The notes below the pieces were generated by a model. The model saw nothing but the letters and a program-made list of their open reading frames with translations, was not told where the DNA came from and ran no database searches. From positions 1 to 56,777 of the forward strand of contig JBGSIZ010000197.1 in assembly GCA_041742255.1 (NCBI GenBank): 56,777 bases of DNA. Direction: 5' to 3'. The DNA comes from Marivivens sp. GTDB taxonomy: Bacteria; Pseudomonadota; Alphaproteobacteria; Rhodobacterales; Rhodobacteraceae. Below are positions 8,601 through 15,468 of this stretch, one piece after another; the stretch's first letter is position 1, and each line of letters starts with the position of its first letter. Both the position numbers and the translations under genes were made by a program.

Positions 8601-10001
8601 TGGCCCAAGGTAAATCAGCACGTTGCGACACGACACGAGGTCAATTTTCGAAAACGGCGGGTCAATGAGCAGGTCCGCCACCGTGAACACGATCACGTCC
8701 CGCAACGCCGAGGCAACCCGGTAGCCGCCGTCCTGCGCCACAAAATACCGGGACAGACGTTCCGCCGATACGACGGTTTCGATTTCCTTGGGATAAAACC
8801 CGGCCCGTGCCGTGGCGACCGCCTCGGGATCTATGTCCGACGCCAGAATTTGCAGGCGGGCGGTGGTTCCTGCGGTTGCCATCGCCTCGAGACAGACGAT
8901 TGCGAGGCTATACGCCTCTTCGCCGGTGCTGCACCCGGCCACCCAGACCCGCAAGGGCCGGTCTGCCGGGATTGCGGCCACCAGTGCCGGGATTTCCACG
9001 TCTGACAGATGATCGAACACGGCGGGGTCCCGGAAAAATCCGGTGACGTGGATCAACAGGTCCGCCGACAGGTTCGCCTGTTCGTCAGCATCCCGCCGCA
9101 GAATGGCAAGATACCGCGCCACATCGTGCTGCCCCAACCCCAAAAGCGCCATTCGTCGCGCAATCCGGCGTTCCAGTGTGCCGCGTTTGTAGAGCGATAT
9201 GTCCTGTGCCGCGAAATCCCCGACAAAGGCCAAAAGATCATCGAACCCGGCCTGATCGGTGTTTGGCCCCAGCGATACATGGGTCGTGTCGTCTGCGGTT
9301 GGGTCAGAGGCGTGTTCTACGCCGCGCTGATTTTTCTCGGCAAAAGATTTTATCGCGGCCCCCATCTGCGCAGTGGGCAGGATTGCATCCACCAGGCCGG
9401 TCTTGATCGCGCTTTGTGGCATGCCCGGATAGCCTGCCTCGGAGGGGTCTTGCGCGATGACCAGCCCACCTGCGGCGTGTATCCGTTCAAGGCCCGCGCT
9501 GCCGTCGCTGGCTGTGCCCGACAACACGATGCACGCGGTCCGCGCCCCCACATCGGCCGCAAGCGACCGCAAAAGCACATCAAACGGATGCCGCACCGCC
9601 CGCCCGTTTTTTGGTTCGGACAGGTGGAGGGTCCGGTGGTCCACGGTCAGGAACAGGCCGGGCGGGATAACGTGCAGAACACCCGGTTGCAGGGTCATGC
9701 CGTTTTTGGCCTGAACCACGGTCAAGGCTGTGTGGCCCGCCAGCAAGTCAACCATCATGCTGTCGTGCGTTGGATCAAGGTGCAGGATCAGAACAAACGC
9801 CGCATCCACGGACCCCGGCATATCCCGCAACAAGGCCCTGCAGGCGTCCAGCCCCCCCGCAGAGGCCCCGATCGCAACGACGGGCAGATCATTTCGCGCA
9901 GAATGTGTGGGCATGGCGGTCTCCGGATGATCGGTGTCGTGCCGGTGCGACCACGAGGTCGGTATGACGGCAACCGGTGAATGCCTTGCGGTTTCATTCA
10001 T
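5601..10001 (-). CDS. multidomain signalling protein: CheB-like methylesterase + CheR-like methyltransferase + PAS + HisKA/HATPase + REC + REC + LuxR-type HTH
   Basis: A single uninterrupted 1466-aa ORF. Domain signatures in order: [13 protein letters not shown] (CheB Ser motif); [17 protein letters not shown] (CheR SAM site); coiled coil [25 protein letters not shown]; PAS ([24 protein letters not shown]); H-box [15 protein letters not shown]; HATPase (DTGIGV...[11 protein letters not shown]); REC1 (ILLVEDEE...LLLTDFDL); REC2 (IYIVDDDP...LLVDNILPG...LIEKP); HTH ([42 protein letters not shown]). The alternative start ATG at 9914 has a better SD (ccggagaccgccATG). Confidence 0.85.
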   Translation of the reverse strand: [1466 protein letters not shown]

Positions 10002-10423
10002 CCTGCTTGCCCCCGTCTTAGCAGCATTTTGCCCGTCCGGACATTTACATTTTGAGCGGGGTCGCCGGCAGAATCCTGCCTATTGCACAGGGTTCTGGCC
10101 TGTTGCGCGACCGGAGTGAGTAGATTCCGACCCTGTTTGCAATTCTCGAAAAAGCCCAAAACCAACCCACGGCACGATGTGAGCCGCAAGTGCACGAAAG
10201 GCTGGGCAGTCAGGTCGACGAGGATGCAAGCGGGGTCTTCCCTCCCCCGAGTTCCAATCGCATCCGGTCGTTGTCTCAAACCTGATTGTCCAGCCGTTTT
10301 TGCGAATGGGCTTGCAAGAAGACAAAATGCCGAACGCACGGCACCAACAAAATTCTCGGTGGTCTGACCCGTTTCGCCAGTGCTGGCGGACCGCGACAGG
10401 CTGCGACATTCAAGGAAGTTACC

Positions 10424-10498
10424 ATGAACCAGATCATTTACATCGTCGGCGCGGTTGTTATCGTCCTCGCCTTGCTGAGCTTTGTCGGACTGCGCTGA
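10424..10498 (+). CDS. candidate 24-aa hydrophobic membrane peptide
   Basis: MNQIIYIVGAVVIVLALLSFVGLR. Preceded by aaggaag RBS 6 nt upstream of the ATG. The longer track ORF 10286..10498 has a non-coding-looking N-terminus. Too short to confirm without comparative data. Confidence 0.35.
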   Translation: MNQIIYIVGAVVIVLALLSFVGLR

Positions 10499-10572
10499 CG
10501 CGCCGTTCTGAGCGATCCGCGCCCGTGGCGCACCAGCGCTGTGACGCATCTCCCCCATGAAGGAATACTGCA

Positions 10573-11487
10573 ATGCCGAACGAAAATTCACCGCCGCGTC
10601 AGCGTCCGCCGCAAAGTGCAATCATGGCGATGGCCAGCGTGTCCTACCTTGACTGGGCGGCCGTTCTGGCCGGCAGTATCTTTGCCGTTGCGATTTCGTT
10701 TCTGTTGATCAGTTTCGGTGCCGGCCTTGGTCTGTCGCTGACGTCGCCCTATCGCGGCGAAGGGGTGTCTGCGGCATGGCTCGCGATTGCGGCGGGCATC
10801 TGGTTTGCGTGGGTGATGGTCACCAGTTTTGGTGCCGGTGGATATATCGCCGGGCGTATGCGTCGCCCGGTCGGCGACGCCTCTGCCGTCGAAGTGGAAA
10901 TGCGCGACGGCACCCACGGGTTGCTGGTTTGGGCAACGGGCGCGCTGGTCAGCACAATCCTGTTTGCCACGGGCGTTGGCGGCCTTGTGACTGCGGGCAG
11001 TGCTGCTATCGGCTCGGCCGTGGGCACGGTGGCCGATGTCACCATGGATGCGGTGTCGCCGGATTATTTCGCCCATGTGCTGTTGCGCAGTTCAGAGGTC
11101 CGGCCCCCGGCCGAAGACGGCACAGTGACCCCCGGCATTGATCCCGCCATCCAAGAGGAAATTGCCGTAATCATCACCCGGACGGTGTCCAGTGGTGACA
11201 TGGAAGACCGCGACCGGGCCTATCTTGCACAAGTCATTGCCGCCAACAGCGATCTTGATGTTGCCGCCGCCCGCATCCGTGTCGAAGACGTCAATGCCGA
11301 AATTGACGACGCCCGCACCGCTGCCTTTGAAGCCGTCGAAATGGCCCGTGTTGCCGGAGTTGTCTTTGGCTTTATCGCCGCCGCAACCCTGTTGATCGGT
11401 GCCATCGCCGCATTCTTTGCCGCAGCGGCAGGTGGTCGTCACCGCGACGAGGCCATCGATGCGTCCCTCATGGCCGAACGGCGTTGA
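10573..11487 (+). CDS. hypothetical integral membrane protein
   Basis: Several clear hydrophobic helices (AAVLAGSIFAVAISFLLISFGAGLGL; AAWLAIAAGIWFAWVMVTSFGAGGYIAG; LLVWATGALVSTILFATGVGGLV; C-terminal VAGVVFGFIAAATLLIGAIAAFFAAAAG). RBS gaagga upstream. No family recognised. Confidence 0.6.
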   Translation: MPNENSPPRQRPPQSAIMAMASVSYLDWAAVLAGSIFAVAISFLLISFGAGLGLSLTSPYRGEGVSAAWLAIAAGIWFAWVMVTSFGAGGYIAGRMRRPVGDASAVEVEMRDGTHGLLVWATGALVSTILFATGVGGLVTAGSAAIGSAVGTVADVTMDAVSPDYFAHVLLRSSEVRPPAEDGTVTPGIDPAIQEEIAVIITRTVSSGDMEDRDRAYLAQVIAANSDLDVAAARIRVEDVNAEIDDARTAAFEAVEMARVAGVVFGFIAAATLLIGAIAAFFAAAAGGRHRDEAIDASLMAERR

Positions 11488-11524
11488 TCCGTTTGCGCCT
11501 TCTCAAACCCAAAAGGACACCCCA

Positions 11525-11596
11525 ATGCCTGCCATCATTGCCTGGCTTCTCGGAGCCCCCCTTCTTGTCGTGATCATCATCGCCTTGTTGCTCTGA
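11525..11596 (+). CDS. candidate 23-aa hydrophobic membrane peptide
   Basis: MPAIIAWLLGAPLLVVIIIALLL, preceded by aaaagga RBS. Second mini-ORF of the same kind, flanking the membrane protein gene. Confidence 0.3.
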   Translation: MPAIIAWLLGAPLLVVIIIALLL

Positions 11597-11650
11597 CGAT
11601 CCTTGACCCCTGATCCGCGCGCCGTTTCACCCCCTTGAACGAGGTATGCC

Positions 11651-11848
11651 ATGACCCGCCAATCCAAAGCCGACGTTTTCATCTCTGTGCTTGCACAAAT
11701 GCTGGAAGACGACCGCGAACATCGCGCCATGCGCCGCCGGGTGCAGAGCAAGGCGCGGGCAGAGCGGTTTGACCTCGCCTTTCGGACCAAACCCAAGGCC
11801 GAGAGCCGTTTGGGCGACCGCGCCAAAAACCTTGAACTGACGGCTTGA
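11651..11848 (+). CDS. hypothetical small charged protein (65 aa)
   Basis: ATG preceded by gagg (acgaggtatgccATG). Helical, charged sequence. No family recognised. Confidence 0.35.
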   Translation: MTRQSKADVFISVLAQMLEDDREHRAMRRRVQSKARAERFDLAFRTKPKAESRLGDRAKNLELTA

Positions 11849-11900
11849 CCTGACTGGTTCAGCGTCCCGTCTCCGGAAAACAACCCAAAGGAATGACATC

Positions 11901-12389
11901 ATGACCATCGAAACTCTCGACGATCTGTTTCTTCACACGTTGAAGGACGTTCTTTATGCCGAGCGCAAGATCCTCAAGGCGCTGCCGAAGATGGAACGCA
12001 ACGCCACCGATCCAAAGCTGAAAGCCGCGCTGTCGTCCCACCGCGACCAGACCGAAGATCACGTTGTCCGGCTGGAAGAAGTGTTCGAAATGTTGGGCAA
12101 AGCCGCCCGTGGCGCGAAATGCGATGCCATGGAGGGTCTTGTCGAGGAGGCCGAAGGTCTGATTGCCGAGATCAGTGATGCCGCGACCATGGATGCGGCG
12201 ATCATTTCGTTGGCGCAAGCCGTCGAACACTATGAAATCGCCCGTTATGGCACGTTGGTCGCATGGGCAAAACAGCTTGGCCATCCGAAGGCCGCCGCTT
12301 TGTTGCAGGAAACGCTTGATCAGGAATACAGCGCGGACAAGGCGTTGTCGAAGATCGCCGAGACCCGGTTGAACGCCGCCGCAGCCTGA
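11901..12389 (+). CDS. DUF892 (YciE/YciF-type) ferritin-like stress protein
   Basis: LDDLFLHTLKDVLYAERKILKALPKM...KLKAALSSHRDQTEDHVVRLEEVFEMLG...KCDAMEGLVEE...AQAVEHYEIARYGTLVAWAKQLG. This is the characteristic DUF892 pattern. RBS aaagga. Confidence 0.85.
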   Translation: MTIETLDDLFLHTLKDVLYAERKILKALPKMERNATDPKLKAALSSHRDQTEDHVVRLEEVFEMLGKAARGAKCDAMEGLVEEAEGLIAEISDAATMDAAIISLAQAVEHYEIARYGTLVAWAKQLGHPKAAALLQETLDQEYSADKALSKIAETRLNAAAA

Positions 12390-12453
12390 GGTGATACCTG
12401 CGCGGGGTGTTGCGGCGGGGGTCTGTCCCATCAAACACCCGGCAGGCGGCGGC

Positions 12454-12478
12454 GGCACTGACTACCGGTCATGCCGTT
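12454..12478 (+). promoter_or_regulatory. candidate ECF-type promoter (GGCAC-N16-CGTT) upstream of the ECF sigma gene
   Basis: ggcac (12454-12458), 16-nt spacer, cgtt (12475-12478), about 105 nt upstream of the ATG at 12584. One mismatch to the GGAAC-N16/17-CGTT pattern known for alphaproteobacterial EcfG-type sigma factors. Purely a pattern match. Confidence 0.25.
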
Positions 12479-12583
12479 GTTCGTTACCCTTCATTCACCC
12501 GAATTTCCGTTTGTTTATCGGCCTTTTGTTGCGCGTCGACCAGACGACACGCGGGCCCAGACCCAAGAAACGAGGCATGCGCC

Positions 12584-13069
12584 ATGACCATTCGTCATCC
12601 TTTTCACCAGCTTTTGCCAGAACAGGGCGTGGCGCTCCGGCGTCGTGCGCTTAAGTTGACCGGCAATGAACACCGTGCCGAAGACCTGGTGCAGGCGACC
12701 TTGCTTAAGGCGTGGGCGAGCCGGGACAGTTTTAACGCCGAAACCAATTTGCGGGCGTGGTTGTTCACGATCATGCGCAATACGTTCTTTTCCGATCTTC
12801 GCAAAAGCCGCCGTGAGGTCGAAGATGTCGATGGCAAGGGTGCCATGGCTCTTTATGAAGAACCCCGTCAGGATCATGCGATTGCGTTGAATGAATTGAT
12901 TTCCGCAATGGCCTTGTTGCCACAGGCCCAACGGCGGCCGCTGGTTTTGATGGGCGCCTATGGCTATTCCCAGATTGAAGCGGCGAAGGCGTGTCAATGC
13001 ACCGTGGGCACGATCAAAAGCCGGGTGAGCCGGGGTAGGGCGACGCTGTCGGATACTCTTGCCTTTTGA
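12584..13069 (+). CDS. ECF (group IV) sigma-70 family RNA polymerase sigma factor
   Basis: ORF 12407..13069 trimmed to the ATG at 12584 (gagg RBS). Region 2: AEDLVQATLLKAWASRDSFNAETNLRAWLFTIMRNTFFSDLRK. Region 4 HTH: YSQIEAAKACQCTVGTIKSRVSRGRATL. No anti-sigma-like gene is adjacent. Confidence 0.85.
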   Translation: MTIRHPFHQLLPEQGVALRRRALKLTGNEHRAEDLVQATLLKAWASRDSFNAETNLRAWLFTIMRNTFFSDLRKSRREVEDVDGKGAMALYEEPRQDHAIALNELISAMALLPQAQRRPLVLMGAYGYSQIEAAKACQCTVGTIKSRVSRGRATLSDTLAF

Positions 13070-13140
13070 CCGGTTGCGCCGAGATACCGAAACCGTATCG
13101 CGCGCACCCTGACCTAATTGATCTGGTGTGATGACCGGTA

Positions 13141-13872
13141 GTGCCATCCACACATTTAATGGATGCACCAATGAATATCATGCCTGCCCCTATTCAAAAT
13201 CCCGGTGAGTCAAAGATTGACGGGGATTTTTCCGTTCAGAAATCCATTGTAATCTGTGATTCAAATCCGATTTTGTCGTGGATGCTGCGCCAATTGTTTT
13301 TATCGGATGCCCATCTGTCTGGTTATTACATCGAGTGTGCATCAGAGTTGAATTTTGAAACGCTGGCAGCCATGGCCCCAACGGTTCTGATTGTCGATCC
13401 GTTCCAATCGGACACTTGCCCGGAAAATGTTGCATCCCATTTTGCGGCGCTGTCGGTCGCCACGGCATTGGTGGGATATTGCACGGCGGTGTCCCGCGTG
13501 CAGGTCCTGCATTTGAACAGCGTCGGGTTTCGGGGGGTTGCGCCGAAAGCCATCGACAGCGGCGAACTTGTCCGGATGGTGTGCGCGGTCGCGTTTGGCG
13601 GAACCTATTTACATGCGAGCCTTAGGGACGATTCTGTTGTGAAAGGTCACGGTAATTCACAGAATGGGCGGCTCCATTCAAGCCTGACCGAGCGTGAGAA
13701 TGATGTTTTGCGTGGTATTGCCCTGGGTAGTTCCATCAAGGAAATTGCCAGTATCCTGAATATCAGCACCAAGACGGTGGATACCTACAAGACGCGCGCC
13801 AATCAGAAACTTAACCTGCATTCCCGGTCAGACATTGTCGAGTATGCGATAAAGTCCGGTTGGATGCTGTAG
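13141..13872 (+). CDS. NarL/FixJ-type response regulator (receiver-like domain + LuxR HTH), orphan
   Basis: C-terminal LTERENDVLRGIALGSSIKEIASILNISTKTVDTYKTRANQKLNL is a LuxR HTH. The N-terminal receiver-like fold has IVICDSN (D-S instead of the usual D-D), VLIVDPF and APK. The track start at 13141 is GTG; ATGs at 13159, 13171 and 13180 are alternatives. The gene is visibly AT-richer than its surroundings. Confidence 0.8.
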   Translation: MPSTHLMDAPMNIMPAPIQNPGESKIDGDFSVQKSIVICDSNPILSWMLRQLFLSDAHLSGYYIECASELNFETLAAMAPTVLIVDPFQSDTCPENVASHFAALSVATALVGYCTAVSRVQVLHLNSVGFRGVAPKAIDSGELVRMVCAVAFGGTYLHASLRDDSVVKGHGNSQNGRLHSSLTERENDVLRGIALGSSIKEIASILNISTKTVDTYKTRANQKLNLHSRSDIVEYAIKSGWML

Positions 13873-14147
13873 GGATATTGAGGTTGTAACTAGGCGCAAA
13901 AACACCTTTGGATTGCAGTGTACAACTATAGATTGAATTTTCCATAAACCATTAAAAAAAAACACATAAAACTGGATTGTTATTCGATAACCAAGAGGCC
14001 GAATTGCGGTTTTTTTCGCCTTTTCCCTACAAGGTGTCCAATTGTTCATACAATGCTGCGCCTGCATAAAATGTTATGTTGAATTTGCGGTAATTGAGAA
14101 ATTGATTCGCCGGAAATTCCAGATCCAATCAAGCGGAGAAGCAGATT
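13873..14147 (+). promoter_or_regulatory. AT-rich 275-bp leader/promoter region upstream of algD
   Basis: The most AT-rich stretch in the window. It contains an A9 run (13954-13962), at least eight GATTG/AATTG motifs, a near-palindrome ttgttat-tcg-ataacca (13978-13994) and a possible sigma-70-like pair TTGTTC-N17-CATAAA (14043-14071). GGAG RBS before the ATG at 14148. No promoter can be assigned with confidence. Confidence 0.5.
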
Positions 14148-15467
14148 ATGGCCAGTATTTCAGTGTTCGGGATTGGATATGTCGGGGTTGTCTCCGCCGC
14201 CTGTTTGGCGCGGGACGGTCACGATGTTATTGCCGTAGATGTCGAACCCACACGCGTTGACGTTATCAATTCCGGCAAATCTCCGATTGTTGAAAATGGT
14301 CTTGATGCGCTTATTGCGGATGCAGTGTCCGCCAATCTGTTGACTGCGACACTTGATGCGCAAGACGCCGTGATGCGGACCGATGCCAGTTTCGTATGTG
14401 TGGGCACGCCCAGCAACCCGGATGGGTCGGTTGGCCTCGCGTATATTACCAATGTGTGCGACATAATTGGCCGCGCGATTGCCGCAAAACAGTCGTATCA
14501 TTCGGTCATCATCCGTTCGACAATCGTGCCCGCCACGATGGAAACGGTGTGTATTCCGGCACTTGAAGCCGCATCAGGCCTGAAGGCCGGCGTGGATTTC
14601 GGCGTTGGCTACTACCCGGAATTCCTGCGCGAAAGCACCGCAATCGAGGATTACGATAATCCCGGTTTGATTGTCTTTGGGGCGTTGGATCAACCCACGT
14701 TTGCAATACTGAACCTGCTCAACAAGGATATGCCTTGCGTGACCCATGAGGTTGATCTGCGCACGGCCGAGATGGTGAAATACACGTCCAACACCTGGCG
14801 GGCGGTCAAGGTGACCTTTGCCAACGAAATCGGCAATATCGCCAAAGCGTGCGGGCTGGACGGTCAGTTGGTGATGAAACTGCTGTGTTCGGACGACAAG
14901 GTGAATATATCGTCGCATTTCATGCGGCCCGGCTTTGCATTTGGCGGGTCTTGTTTGCCCAAGGATGTCCGCGCGCTGCAGCAATTGGCCCGCGCCCGCG
15001 ACGTCGAGGCGCCATTGATGTCGGCGGTTCTGAAGGCGAACGACGCCCAGATCGATCGCGCGGCCCGGATGGTGACAAACACCGGCAAGACGATCGTCGG
15101 TCTGGTTGGTATCAGTTTCAAGCCCGGCACCGACGATCTGCGCGAAAGCCCCTTGGCCGAGCTGGCGTCCCGGCTGATCGCCGAGGGTCACAATGTGCAG
15201 GTGTATGACCCGAATGTCAGCACCGGCTATGCCCATGATCTGGCCGGAACGGGCCGGGGCAACGATGTGGTTCCCGATCTGCGCGACCGCATGGTTCCCA
15301 CCATTGATGCCCTGATTGAGGGGTCGGATATGATCCTTGTCGGCAACAGCTATGACGAGGCCGTCGGACCACTGCGCAAGGCGATGAAAGATCATCCGAT
15401 GGTCGATCTGACACGGGTTCAGCCGGGCCTCGTGTCTGGTGGATCCTATCAGGGCATCTGCTGGTAA
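14148..15467 (+). CDS. algD: GDP-mannose 6-dehydrogenase
   Basis: ISVFGIGYVGVVSAACLARDGHDVIAVDV...GKSPIVENGL...FVCVGTP...GVGYYPEFLRESTAIEDYD...MRPGFAFGGSCLPKDVRAL...FKPGTDDLRESP. The C-terminal ...YQGICW matches the GICW end I recall for Pseudomonas AlgD. Confidence 0.9.
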   Translation: MASISVFGIGYVGVVSAACLARDGHDVIAVDVEPTRVDVINSGKSPIVENGLDALIADAVSANLLTATLDAQDAVMRTDASFVCVGTPSNPDGSVGLAYITNVCDIIGRAIAAKQSYHSVIIRSTIVPATMETVCIPALEAASGLKAGVDFGVGYYPEFLRESTAIEDYDNPGLIVFGALDQPTFAILNLLNKDMPCVTHEVDLRTAEMVKYTSNTWRAVKVTFANEIGNIAKACGLDGQLVMKLLCSDDKVNISSHFMRPGFAFGGSCLPKDVRALQQLARARDVEAPLMSAVLKANDAQIDRAARMVTNTGKTIVGLVGISFKPGTDDLRESPLAELASRLIAEGHNVQVYDPNVSTGYAHDLAGTGRGNDVVPDLRDRMVPTIDALIEGSDMILVGNSYDEAVGPLRKAMKDHPMVDLTRVQPGLVSGGSYQGICW

Positions 15468-15468
15468 C

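Noticed and set aside
12407-12583. N-terminal extensions of track ORFs (12407, 31089, 37612, 40640, 50654, 51840, 30148, 25589, 23491, 15439 and the 1574..2668 upstream part)
   Set aside because: The extended parts have junk-like composition and overlap upstream genes. Internal ATGs with SD sequences or stop-start coupling give N-termini that match the known families, so the models were trimmed.
13999-14017. ccgaattgcgg followed by a T7 run as a terminator after the LuxR gene
   Set aside because: Only a 3-bp stem can form, which is too weak to call a terminator.
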